DNA of 64,000 nucleotides from Paracoccaceae bacterium (lineage in GTDB: Bacteria > Pseudomonadota > Alphaproteobacteria > Rhodobacterales > Rhodobacteraceae), in contig JACONJ010000020.1 in NCBI GenBank assembly GCA_014323785.1, positions 62,391-126,390 on the forward strand. The letters run 5' to 3'. The notes under the pieces were generated by a model. That model was not told the DNA's origin. It ran no database searches and saw only the letters and a program-made list of their open reading frames with translations. Every line of letters begins with the position of its first letter. Positions within the stretch are counted from its first letter, which is position 1. Position numbers and translations under genes: made by a program. Positions 40,882-50,239 of this stretch are shown in pieces.

Positions 40882-42063
40882 TCACGCCTTCGCCTTCAGC
40901 GTATCCACCAGGTCTGTCCGCTCCCACGAGAAGCCGCCATCAGCCTCGGGTGCGCGCCCGAAATGGCCATAGGCTGCCGTGCGCTGATAAATCGGCCTGT
41001 TCAGGCCCAGATGGGTGCGAATCCCGCGCGGGGTCAGGTCCATTACATCTACATCGCGAATCGCCGCCTCGATCCTGCTTTCAGGTACCGCGCCGGTGCC
41101 ATGGGTGTCGGCATAGATCGAAAGCGGACACGCCACGCCGATGACATAGCTGAGCTGAATGGTGCAGCAGTGGGCAAGCCCCGCGGCCACGACATTCTTT
41201 GCCAGATAACGCGCGGCATAGGCCGCCGAACGGTCCACCTTGGTCGGATCCTTGCCGGAAAACGCACCGCCACCATGGGGGGCCGCACCGCCATAGGTAT
41301 CGACGATGATCTTGCGTCCGGTCAGGCCCGCATCCCCATCGGGCCCGCCAATGACAAATTTGCCGGTTGGGTTTACATGCCATTTGGTGTCAGTGCTGAT
41401 CCAACCGTCGGGCAAGGTGTTGCGGATATAGGGTTCCACAACCGCACGAACGTCGTGAGCACTCATCAAGGCATCAAGGTGCTGGGTCGATAGAACGATA
41501 GACGTCACACCGACCGGCTTTCCGTCAACGTATTTCACGGTCAACTGGGACTTCGCATCCGGGCCAAGCTGTGGAGTATCCCCTGCATGGCGGGCTTCTG
41601 CAAGATTGCGCAGGATAGCGTGGGAATACTGGATGGGGGCCGGCATCAGTTCCGGCGTCTCGTTCACGGCATAGCCAAACATGATCCCCTGGTCGCCCGC
41701 ACCCTCATCCTTGTCGCCCAAGGCATCGACGCCCTGGGCGATATCTTCGGATTGCTTATGAATAAGGTTTGTCACTTCCACCGTCTCGTGATGGAAATTG
41801 TCCTGCTCATAGCCGATGTCCTTGATGCATGTCCGCGCGATCTGATCGATCCGGTCCATCATATAGTCACGCAGTCTGTTCGGTCCCACTTCCCCGCCAA
41901 TGATAACACGGTTTGTTGTGGCAAAACTCTCACAGGCCACGCGCGCTTCGGGTTCTTCGGCGATCAGCGCATCCAGGATGGCGTCAGAGATACGATCGCA
42001 TAGTTTGTCGGGATGTCCCTCCGATACGGATTCAGAGGTGAAGGTAAAATTCTGTCGTGGCAT
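40882..42063 (-). CDS. metK: Methionine adenosyltransferase
   Basis: [43 protein letters not shown]. Confidence 0.98.
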   Translation of the reverse strand: MPRQNFTFTSESVSEGHPDKLCDRISDAILDALIAEEPEARVACESFATTNRVIIGGEVGPNRLRDYMMDRIDQIARTCIKDIGYEQDNFHHETVEVTNLIHKQSEDIAQGVDALGDKDEGAGDQGIMFGYAVNETPELMPAPIQYSHAILRNLAEARHAGDTPQLGPDAKSQLTVKYVDGKPVGVTSIVLSTQHLDALMSAHDVRAVVEPYIRNTLPDGWISTDTKWHVNPTGKFVIGGPDGDAGLTGRKIIVDTYGGAAPHGGGAFSGKDPTKVDRSAAYAARYLAKNVVAAGLAHCCTIQLSYVIGVACPLSIYADTHGTGAVPESRIEAAIRDVDVMDLTPRGIRTHLGLNRPIYQRTAAYGHFGRAPEADGGFSWERTDLVDTLKAKA

Positions 42064-42067
42064 GAAA

Positions 42068-42115
42068 GTGCTCCGTTAAGTACTCCAAACCCCACGCCAG
42101 GAAGCCGTTGTGGGG
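42068..42115 (-). promoter_or_regulatory. SAM/SAH riboswitch (Rhodobacterales class) in the metK leader
   Basis: Minus strand CCCCACAACGGCTTCCTGGCGTGGGG...GGAGCA before ATG; the CACAACGGCUUCCUGGCGUG core and SD-pairing GGAGCA match the SAM-SAH motif. Confidence 0.85.
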
Positions 42116-42153
42116 CCTTGAGCACGAACATCTACGCCCAACCGTACCGGGGG

Positions 42154-43683
42154 TCAACGCCCCTTTGCGCGGCGCATAGCAGCAACCAGCAAGAGTAGCG
42201 CAAGAATGGCCAGCCACACAGGCCCGTCGCCCATCCGCGCATAGACTGTTGGCGGCAGTGCCGGGGGCAAGGATACGTCAAGTGCGCCAGCTTGGCCAAG
42301 CGGCAGGCTGGCCAAAAGCTGGCCGCGCGCGTCAATCACGCCGGAAATGCCGGTATTGGCGGCGCGCAAGACCGGCAGCCCCTGTTCAGCGGCCCGCAGC
42401 CGCGCCATGGCCAGATGTTGATAGGGGCCCGAGAACCGGCCGAACCAGGCATCATTGGTTATATGCACCATCCAATCGGGCCGCTCAACCCGGCCGATAT
42501 AGCCGGGAAAGATCGCCTCATAGCAGATCATCGCAAAGGCGTGGCCAAGTGGACCCAAATCCAGCACCCCGGGCCCCGGGCCCGGACGATACCCCATCTG
42601 CAAGACAGCGGCGAGGCCGCGGACGCCAAGCCCCGAGAGCAGATCAGCAAAGGGTATATACTCACCAAAAGGCACCAGATGATGCTTGTCCTGGATCGCC
42701 TGAATCTCTCCATCCGGGGTCAGCACGACCAGCGCGTTGCGCGCCCCCTCCCCTTCCAGCCGCTGCGCACCCAGAATCACCGGGACTGGTCCTGCCGCCT
42801 GCGAGATTTGCGTCCGCCATTCTTCCGAGTGATTCAGAAGCACCGCCAGAGAGGTCTCGGGCCAGATGACCAACCGAGGAGGCTGTGCCGGATCCTCCGG
42901 TGGCGCGGCGGTCAGGGACAGGTTGCGCCGGAAGAAGACCGGGATCATCTTCGCCTGCCATTTCAGGTGCTGCGGCGCATTGGGCTGAATCAGGCGAATG
43001 ACGGCCGCATCCGGCCCTGGTGCCGGTGCGGGCGGCAGGCTAAAGGCAAGGCCCAGGACGGCTGCGTGCAGAAGCGGTAAGCCCAAGGCCAGCCAGGGCC
43101 GGACCAGCACCGCGCAAGCCAGCCCGGCAGCAAGCGCAAGCGTATAAAGCGTGAAGCCATGGGGGCCGGCCCAGGCGGCCAGGGGCAACAGCGGCGTATT
43201 GATCCAGATATGGCCTGGATGTGCCCAGGGAAAGCCGGTCAGGATGGTGGCTCGCAGCCACTCACCTGCGGTCAGCAGTGCCACCCAGACCAGGGCCCGC
43301 GCCAGAACCGCAGGGGCCAGCCGTGCCGCAAGCCAGGCCGCCGCAGCCCAGAACAGTGCCATGCCGAAGGATATCAGCACGATGGCAAAGGGGGCCATCC
43401 AGCCATGGCGCGGTGCATCCACGAAGAACGGCTCGACAATCCAGTGCAGGCTGACGGCGAAATGGCCCGCGCCCGCGAACAGCCCGTGCCAAAGTGCGGT
43501 GCGCGGGCCTGGTGCCAGGATTACCAAAGCACAAAGGCAGGACAGACCCGGGACCGCCAGCCATGGCAAATCGAACGGGGCTTGACCTAGGGCTGCCAGC
43601 ACCCCGACCGCAGCGACCAGAACCCTTTGCGTGATGGTGTGCCGGGTGGCCAGCCAGGCCTTTGCCCGGGCGGTGCCGTTCAC
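42154..43683 (-). CDS. lnt: Apolipoprotein N-acyltransferase
   Basis: TGFPW, IWPE, KHHLVPFGEY, ICYE, TNDAWFG, RAANTGIS. Confidence 0.94.
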   Translation of the reverse strand: MNGTARAKAWLATRHTITQRVLVAAVGVLAALGQAPFDLPWLAVPGLSCLCALVILAPGPRTALWHGLFAGAGHFAVSLHWIVEPFFVDAPRHGWMAPFAIVLISFGMALFWAAAAWLAARLAPAVLARALVWVALLTAGEWLRATILTGFPWAHPGHIWINTPLLPLAAWAGPHGFTLYTLALAAGLACAVLVRPWLALGLPLLHAAVLGLAFSLPPAPAPGPDAAVIRLIQPNAPQHLKWQAKMIPVFFRRNLSLTAAPPEDPAQPPRLVIWPETSLAVLLNHSEEWRTQISQAAGPVPVILGAQRLEGEGARNALVVLTPDGEIQAIQDKHHLVPFGEYIPFADLLSGLGVRGLAAVLQMGYRPGPGPGVLDLGPLGHAFAMICYEAIFPGYIGRVERPDWMVHITNDAWFGRFSGPYQHLAMARLRAAEQGLPVLRAANTGISGVIDARGQLLASLPLGQAGALDVSLPPALPPTVYARMGDGPVWLAILALLLLVAAMRRAKGR

Positions 43684-44696
43684 CCGGGTTCCTGCCCCGG
43701 GTCGGGCAGACGTACGCGCAGCCGCTTGATACGGCGCGGGTCGGCGTCAACCACCTCAAATTCCGCACCTGAAGGGTGCGGAATTACTTCTCCCCTTGCG
43801 GGCACCCGGCCGGTTAGCATAAAGACAACACCGCCAAGTGTGTCGATCTCATCCTCATCGCCATCCTCAACCAGCTTCACGCCGGTTTCCGCCTCAAACT
43901 CCTCCAGCGGGGCGCGGGCGCGCACCAGATAGGTGCGGTCCCCCTCTGGTATCCAGGGGCGATCCTCCTCCACATCGTGCTCATCCTCGATCTCGCCAAT
44001 GACCTGTTCGATCAGGTCTTCGATTGTCACCAACCCATCGACCCCGCCATATTCGTCGATCACCAGTGCCATATGGGTCCGGTCGGTCTGCATTTTTTGC
44101 AGAAGCACCCCGATGGGCATCGACGGCGGCACATAGAGCAGCGGGCGCAGCAGCGAGCGTAAAGAGAAACCTTTGTCGCCGCCATTGCGGTGCGACTGGT
44201 GGCCGTCCGGGTCCGTCTCTGCGGATACAGCGGGGGCAGGTTCGGGCGATGATACGGGGCGGGCAAGGCCGAAATTCGTGGCAGGCTCGTGGCAAGGGTC
44301 GGCGAGGGGGCTGAACCCATAGCGCAGCGCGACGTCCTTGAGATGCACCATGCCGATGGGCGTATCCAACGTGCCGTCATAAACCGGTAGCCGCGTCAGG
44401 CCGCTTTCGCGGAACACGGCCACCAGATTCTCCAGCCCCGCATCGCAAGAGACCGAGATGATCTCTACCCGCGGGATCAAGACATCTTCAACCCGAAGTC
44501 GCCGCAGATTCGATATGCCGGTGCCCGGCGTGTAACCGCCGCCTGTGTTTGCAGGCAGCACACCGGTGTCATTCATTGGCCCATCCGGGGCCGTGCCAAA
44601 GAGCCGGGCAAACAGACCGGGCCGCCTGGGTGGGGTGTCTTCCGTACGGGGCGTGCTCTGTGCTGCGCCGGATGGCGGGTCAGTGGGTGAGATCAT
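43680..44696 (-). CDS. corC: CBS/CorC-HlyC domain protein (CorC/YbeX-like)
   Basis: SGLTRLPVY, ALVIDEYGGVDGLVTIEDLIEQVIGEIEDEHD, C-terminal RRIKRL. Confidence 0.88.
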   Translation of the reverse strand: MISPTDPPSGAAQSTPRTEDTPPRRPGLFARLFGTAPDGPMNDTGVLPANTGGGYTPGTGISNLRRLRVEDVLIPRVEIISVSCDAGLENLVAVFRESGLTRLPVYDGTLDTPIGMVHLKDVALRYGFSPLADPCHEPATNFGLARPVSSPEPAPAVSAETDPDGHQSHRNGGDKGFSLRSLLRPLLYVPPSMPIGVLLQKMQTDRTHMALVIDEYGGVDGLVTIEDLIEQVIGEIEDEHDVEEDRPWIPEGDRTYLVRARAPLEEFEAETGVKLVEDGDEDEIDTLGGVVFMLTGRVPARGEVIPHPSGAEFEVVDADPRRIKRLRVRLPDPGQEPG

Positions 44697-44741
44697 AACT
44701 CCTTTCCGAACGCAAACCGGACGAAACCGGGGCCCGTTCCT

Positions 44742-45239
44742 TCAATATGGGTCAGCGACTCCTAATCCGGCAAGGATTCGGGTTTCTAATCCTTCCATGA
44801 GCGCGGCATCAGGGTCGGTCATGTGGTCGAAACCCAACAGATGCAGCAGCCCGTGAATGATTAGATGGGTCAGGTGATCATCAAGGTCGAGGCACCTTTC
44901 CTTTGCCTCGCGCGTCACAACCCCGTGGGCAATCGCGATATCGCCCAGTTCCAGGGGCGGACCAGTGGAACGGGGGGGCGGCAAATGCGGCAGTTTCCCC
45001 GGCGCGGCCGCGGTGCGTACCCCGGCGGGCCATGCGAGTACATTGGTCGGCGCAGGCTGGCCACGAAACGCATCATTCAACGCGGCAATGCGGGCATCAT
45101 CACAGGCCAAAAGGCTAATGCCGAACTGCGCCGGATTCAACCCAAGCTCCGCCAGTGCCACCGCCCCGGCCGCTTTGGCCAACCGCCCCAGCCGTGGTTC
45201 GTCCCATGCCGAATCCTCGATAAGAAGGTCAATCTTCAT
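44742..45239 (-). CDS. ybeY: rRNA maturation endoribonuclease
   Basis: LN..FRG...PTNVL, LGDI, HGLLHLLGFDH. Confidence 0.93.
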   Translation of the reverse strand: MKIDLLIEDSAWDEPRLGRLAKAAGAVALAELGLNPAQFGISLLACDDARIAALNDAFRGQPAPTNVLAWPAGVRTAAAPGKLPHLPPPRSTGPPLELGDIAIAHGVVTREAKERCLDLDDHLTHLIIHGLLHLLGFDHMTDPDAALMEGLETRILAGLGVADPY

Positions 45240-45433
45240 CCGCGTGCGCCATACCTGTGGGGTGAGTCCCTCACAACAGGGTGGTAAGAAGCGTGGCCGC
45301 GGTGGTTATACTGGTTCGGTATTGTGGCCATCTTTATTCCGCCGCGCGAAACCCAAGCCGTGCATTGCCCTGATCCCGTAAGGGCAGGCTGGTTCACATG
45401 TGTAGCGGAACCGGTGCGCGTACAACGATACCC

Positions 45434-46450
45434 CTACCCCGGCGGTGCATCCTTGTTATAGGCTTCGATGATCCTGGCGACCATCGGGTGCCGCACCACA
45501 TCCTTTGATGAAAAACAGGTGAAGCTGATCCCGCTGACCCCCCCTAAAATCCGCTCGGCTTCAACTAGGCCGCTGGTCACGCCGCGCGGCAGGTCGATCT
45601 GGGAGCGGTCACCGGTGATCACCATCCGGCTGCCCTGGCCCAGCCGGGTCAGGAACATTTTCATCTGCATCGATGTGGTATTCTGTGCCTCATCCAGCAC
45701 CACACAGGCGTTGGACAATGTCCGCCCCCGCATGAAGGCCAAAGGGGCGATCTCGATCTGCTGTTCCCCGAGCAGCCTGGCCAATTGCTTGTCCGGCAAA
45801 AAATCGCTCAGCGCATCGTAAAGCGGTTGCATATAGGGATCAACCTTGTGCTTCATATCGCCGGGCAGAAAGCCCAGTCGCTCACCCGCTTCCACCGCCG
45901 GGCGGCTCAGGACAATCTTGTCCACATGGCCACTACACATGCGGTTCACCGCCACGGCAACGGCCAGATAGGTCTTGCCCGTACCCGCCGGCCCGATACC
46001 AAAGGTCAATTCGTGGCCGTAAAGTGCGCGGACATAAGCTTGCTGCGTCTGCGTGCGCGGCTCCACCGTTTTCTTGCGGGTGCGAATTTCGGTATGCCCA
46101 ACGGCAGTGCCCCTGAACATCCCGATCTGGCCCGCGTTCCATGCGCCGGTATCCCCGGCGGAATTGCCAAGCCGCACCGCCGCATCGATATCGCCGGGTT
46201 CAAGGCCTTTACCCGCCCTGACCCTTGCATACAGCATGCGCAGAACCTCGGCGGCAGCAGCCCGCCCCTTGCCCAGCACTGCCAACTGGTTCCCGCGCCG
46301 CAGGATTTGGACCGCCATCAGGTGCTCAACCCGGGCAAGGTTGCGGTCAACCTCACCACAAAGGTCGCGCAGCAGGCGGTTATCCGGGAATTCGATCAGC
46401 AGTTCCAAGGGCGCATCAGCAGGGGGTGCAGGCAACGGCGACAGATGCAA
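45434..46450 (-). CDS. phoH: PhoH-like ATPase (YbeZ)
   Basis: GPAGTGKT, RPAVEAGE, PLAFMRGRT, DEAQN, VRHP. Confidence 0.93.
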   Translation of the reverse strand: MHLSPLPAPPADAPLELLIEFPDNRLLRDLCGEVDRNLARVEHLMAVQILRRGNQLAVLGKGRAAAAEVLRMLYARVRAGKGLEPGDIDAAVRLGNSAGDTGAWNAGQIGMFRGTAVGHTEIRTRKKTVEPRTQTQQAYVRALYGHELTFGIGPAGTGKTYLAVAVAVNRMCSGHVDKIVLSRPAVEAGERLGFLPGDMKHKVDPYMQPLYDALSDFLPDKQLARLLGEQQIEIAPLAFMRGRTLSNACVVLDEAQNTTSMQMKMFLTRLGQGSRMVITGDRSQIDLPRGVTSGLVEAERILGGVSGISFTCFSSKDVVRHPMVARIIEAYNKDAPPG

Positions 46451-46514
46451 AAAGGCCTCCTTAGCTCACAAAGCCCTAGGATAATGGGGTAACCCTGATC
46501 CCTCAAGGCAACGA

Positions 46515-46542
46515 ATTGTATCCAGTTTATCAAGAACGTCAA
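46515..46542 (-). promoter_or_regulatory. Sigma70-like promoter for the phoH-ybeY-corC-lnt operon
   Basis: Minus strand TTGACG, 16 nt, TACAAT. Confidence 0.5.
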
Positions 46543-46593
46543 GCCATTCCCGGAACTTGCGCGGATGTCATGCCGCAATCGCCGCATGCCGTG

Positions 46594-47706
46594 CTATTCT
46601 TGATACTGATAGTACGAGGGGCTATTAGGCTGGATATGGTTGCTACCCTTCTGCTGGTCTAGTTCTCGGTCGTCATCATGGTTGAACATCGAAACAACAA
46701 GCCACATGACAACTGCCGTTGTGACAAAAGCACCAACAATGGCAAGGGCAAAAGGCCATTGGGGAAAGTGCCGTTCGATCACCTCGGGCAGCCCTTTCAT
46801 CCCCTGGGCAGGGGCAAAACGCCGCTGGTTAAGGTGCCGTTCCGGTGCGGGGGGCTCGTGCCGCTTACACAGAAAATCAACCTTGCGCTCTAATATCGCA
46901 ATGTCTGTCCGTAATGTCGTCTCAATGTCTGTCACTATCTCCTTAACGGCAGCCAGAAGTTCCCCATTCCCGGACCCTTGCACTGGTTCCCCGGATTCAT
47001 GCACCGGCTCCTCCGGGGCAAGGGCGTTCCCGGGGCTTTGTGCAGAGTGTAACGCCTGTGCCGCATCCTTTGCGGCATGGAATTCGGTGCGCACCCCAAG
47101 GAGCGCCTCATCATCAAAAGGTATGGAAGACGGCGTTGGAGTTTCAAAAACCAGAAGTGCGGTGTGATGCGCCCCATACCGAAAGTTGAGGGCCTGAAGC
47201 GTAGTCAGATTTTCCCATTCAGTTTGGGACAGATGAAGCGCAAGAATCTCTCCCCCGACCACCTGCCATTCCATCGCCCGGTCCGACCGGCTTTGCCCGA
47301 CGATTCTGTGCCATTGAAGGGTTTCACCGGCACCAAGAAGTGTGCGGGCCTGCGCCATCAATTGGGCGATGGGATCACCCAATTCGGACCAGTCGCCGAA
47401 CTCGGAATGCGCATCAATCGGCACCGCAACCGCCGCACCGTAAAAGCCCCGCCGGTTCTGGGCATCGCGGCACGGGGAAAGGGTACCGACAAGGGTAATC
47501 CCTTGGACGGTCCGGGCGTCCTGAAGCCTGCGGGTGAATAAGGCGGTCTGTCCTGCAGCAAGGTGGTCAAGTACCCCGCCGCGCCGACGATCAAACTCAT
47601 AACAGGCGACGGGGGCTTTGGCAAAAACGCCGTTGCCCTGTGCGACCAGCCCCCGTTCCGTCCCAAAGATCGCATGGCCCAGGATCGGTGTTTTGGCGTC
47701 TGTCAT
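46594..47706 (-). CDS. Hypothetical protein with globular N-terminal domain, coiled segment and C-terminal TM anchor (putative GTPase partner)
   Basis: ATG overlaps the GTPase stop (ATGA); N-term GHAIFGT...RDAQNRRGFYGAAVAV; helix LLAAVKEIVTDIETTLRTDIAILERKV; TM WPFALAIVGAFVTTAVVMWLVVSMF. Confidence 0.75.
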   Translation of the reverse strand: MTDAKTPILGHAIFGTERGLVAQGNGVFAKAPVACYEFDRRRGGVLDHLAAGQTALFTRRLQDARTVQGITLVGTLSPCRDAQNRRGFYGAAVAVPIDAHSEFGDWSELGDPIAQLMAQARTLLGAGETLQWHRIVGQSRSDRAMEWQVVGGEILALHLSQTEWENLTTLQALNFRYGAHHTALLVFETPTPSSIPFDDEALLGVRTEFHAAKDAAQALHSAQSPGNALAPEEPVHESGEPVQGSGNGELLAAVKEIVTDIETTLRTDIAILERKVDFLCKRHEPPAPERHLNQRRFAPAQGMKGLPEVIERHFPQWPFALAIVGAFVTTAVVMWLVVSMFNHDDDRELDQQKGSNHIQPNSPSYYQYQE

Positions 47707-48885
47707 TTCCAGTTGACCCCGCCCTTAAGCCGCTGAAAAAAGGTTGGCCCCGGTGATTTGCCCTCAAACTGCTCGATCAGCCAGAACATGATTCCCTCAA
47801 TATGGGTAAAATCCGGTTGAATCAGCCGCGGTTCCCCGCCGTCCACCTCAATCCTGCCAAGATGAAGCGGTGAAAGGAGTGTCCTTTGCGGATGCGGCCA
47901 ATGCTGCCAGAGCTGATAGGTCTCTCCACAGAAGCGGTTAAGGTAGTCACGCTGCGCAGCTTCGGTAAAGCTGGCATAACCTGTCTGGCCGTCGCTGGAC
48001 CCGAATTCCTGAAGACGCACAAGGGACTCCTCGGGTTTAGAGATGATCACCGCAAGCGACATGCGATCTGTCAGGCCCGGAAAGGTCTTTTTCAGGTACG
48101 CCACCAGGGACGCGAAGAGCTGGTCGTTTTCCTCAATATCCGGGCTCAGCATCAGAACAAAGCAGAACCTGAGGTTACGATTGCTCAGATAGGCGTGCAA
48201 AACAGGGGCCATTTTGGGTGCGGCATCGGGCTTTGGCAGAACCTCTTGCAAAAGCTCGCCCGACATTTCAAGAAAGCTGAAGTTTGATCGGATTTTCCTC
48301 CCGGACGTGGTGCGCGTCTCAATCACGACCTCACGAATGTCGCTTTCGCCGGCAGGGGGTTGGATCCGGAAAGCGGCCTTCGATCCATTGGCCTTTCCAT
48401 GCATTGATGATGGTTCTGCCCACCCAATCCGCGCCTCCGGGGCGGTCGGGAACGGATATTTCCGTCCGAAAGGGGCCTTCGTTCATAAGGTAGTTCATCA
48501 ACATCCACTGAAACGTGGTTTTCCCGCTTCCGGGAAACCCGAAGGAAAAGATGTAATTGCCGGATACCCTCGCCTTAATCTCGTCAACTGCCAGGCCATC
48601 CTTCGCAACTTGCCGCACACGCCGAAGATACCCGGGGCGCCCATCGAAAGCAGTATCTTGCGGAGGGTCTCGCCGCAAACTCGCCCCACTATTTTGCCCG
48701 GGGCGTCCATCGACAGCAGTATCTTGCGAAGGGCCTCGCCGCAAACTCGCTCCACTATTTTGCCCGGGGTGCCCATCGGAAGCAGTATCTTGCAAAGGTA
48801 TCAGGCCAAGTGCCTCGGCTTCCGCGCGTCCGGGGCGACCATCGAAAGCGGTGTCGCGCAAAGGGGGGTTGTTCTTCTCATCCAT
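47703..48885 (-). pseudogene. TRAFAC-class GTPase gene split by a +1 frameshift
   Basis: G1 GFPGSGKT, G2 region FPDPT, G3-like EMSGE, G4-like SKPE; removing one G from G5 at 48355-48359 joins ORFs 48331..48885 and 47703..48404 into 393 aa; AAGGAGG RBS. Confidence 0.8.
48631..48860. repeat. 66-bp coding tandem repeat (about 3.5 units, 22-aa period)
   Basis: Units start at 48631, 48697, 48763, 48829; protein xxDTA(F/S/V)DG(R/H)PG four times. Confidence 0.9.
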
Positions 48886-48897
48886 TGTTCGCCCTCC

Positions 48898-49971
48898 TTA
48901 GCCGCCGATGACGCGCCGCTTGCCAGCCCCGCGCACGGTGGCGGGTTTCACGGCACGTTCAAGTCGACCGCGACCAAACAGGGCAAAGGACAGAAGCAAA
49001 GGCAGGACATCCACAACAGAGGCAAGAATCAAAGATACCCCGGTTGCCAACGGGTTCGGCATCTCGCCAAAACCATTCTGGAAGGCGTAGACGATCTCTC
49101 CAAGGCGACCCAGGGTTGGATCTATATTCTGATGGGACACGCTGTCATCCTCGGGAAGCAGGGCGTTTGCCGCACGCTCAATATCAGAAGAGATGGCGGA
49201 CATAACACCAAGGGCATCCAGCCCGCCTTTCGTCAGAAGAATCCGCTCCGTGTTGTCGTATTCAAGAAGGGCCGAATCAATGCGTCGAATAAGGGCTTCA
49301 ACCGCCGGGGTTTCGGTGGTCTCAAGCGTCAGCCTCAGGATGTCATTGGCGGCGTCCTTGTAGCGGGTATACCAATTGTTGACGGTGTCTGCGTCTGCAC
49401 CGGGCGCAGGAAGGGCCAGGTTGGTGATCGAACTCCCAAGGAGGCGCTCGATCTCCTCCATATGCCCACGACATCGCTGGCCGCAGCCGGGGCGCAGCGG
49501 GTCGCTGATTTGCTCGTAAAGGTTCTTAAGTTCAACCTGGAGATCCGCCTCTAGCTTCCGGGCCCACTCCATGGTCTCCATGCCATCAAGGGCTGTCCGT
49601 GTGGCAACAAGATTGTCCCGAAAGACCCCGATCTGCTCGGTGACAGTACTCTCTGTCACGTCGTCACGCATAAAGTTGGAATAGAGGAAGTTGAAATTGG
49701 ACGCGATTGAAAAGAACGCGGCCACCACCCAGATGAACAAGGGCAGGTAGAAACGCCGCTCCTGAGCCCGAAAGTAACTGATCGTGGCGTCCATTACAAG
49801 GACGAACGCCATCAGCAGAACCACCAGGGGCAGGGTGACCTCCTCTGCGGTGCGCAACAGGCCCCCATAAGACAGATACCCCGAGATGCTCACCCCAAGA
49901 CAAAGGATGAGCGCATAAGCAAAAATGATGAAAACAGGTATGTGTTCCTCAAACAGAAAAGACCGGTTTAT
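48898..49971 (-). CDS. Membrane protein: three N-terminal TMs, long helical domain, C-terminal TM (DUF4407-like topology); canonical start missing
   Basis: Frame is open 26 codons upstream of GTG 49893 and encodes a further TM (IPVFIIFAYALILCLGV); CGQRC cysteine pair; C-terminal TM LATGVSLILASVVDVLPLLLSFALF. Confidence 0.7.
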   Translation of the reverse strand: MNRSFLFEEHIPVFIIFAYALILCLGVSISGYLSYGGLLRTAEEVTLPLVVLLMAFVLVMDATISYFRAQERRFYLPLFIWVVAAFFSIASNFNFLYSNFMRDDVTESTVTEQIGVFRDNLVATRTALDGMETMEWARKLEADLQVELKNLYEQISDPLRPGCGQRCRGHMEEIERLLGSSITNLALPAPGADADTVNNWYTRYKDAANDILRLTLETTETPAVEALIRRIDSALLEYDNTERILLTKGGLDALGVMSAISSDIERAANALLPEDDSVSHQNIDPTLGRLGEIVYAFQNGFGEMPNPLATGVSLILASVVDVLPLLLSFALFGRGRLERAVKPATVRGAGKRRVIGG

Positions 49972-50071
49972 TCAGACCATTCACAGCACAGGGGCCTTGG
50001 CTCCTTGCAACATCAGTCAGCATGATGGGGTTTCCCATTTTTGTGGTGCGCCCGAATCGAAACGTCAAGAC

Positions 50072-50100
50072 CTTCTAAATGTCCTGGGCAGGGGCGTCAA
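50072..50100 (-). promoter_or_regulatory. Sigma70-like promoter for the inserted three-gene operon
   Basis: Minus strand TTGACG, 17 nt, TAGAAG. Confidence 0.5.
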
Positions 50101-50239
50101 TATCCAGGCGGCACCGCGTGATGAAACATTTTGTGCTGCCAGCGTCAATGGCCAAGGCATCATATTGCGCGGTGGCCCCCGCAAAGGCTGGTTTGTATAC
50201 CCAAGGGCTACTGGCTGCCCCATCATATCCGGTGTGCAT

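Noticed and set aside
48631-48860. CRISPR array
   Set aside because: The 66-bp period is a multiple of 3, lies within a coding frame, has no unique spacers, and no cas genes are present
48214-49554. 446-aa plus-strand ORF over the GTPase island
   Set aside because: Antisense shadow of minus-strand genes that have RBSs, motifs and translational coupling
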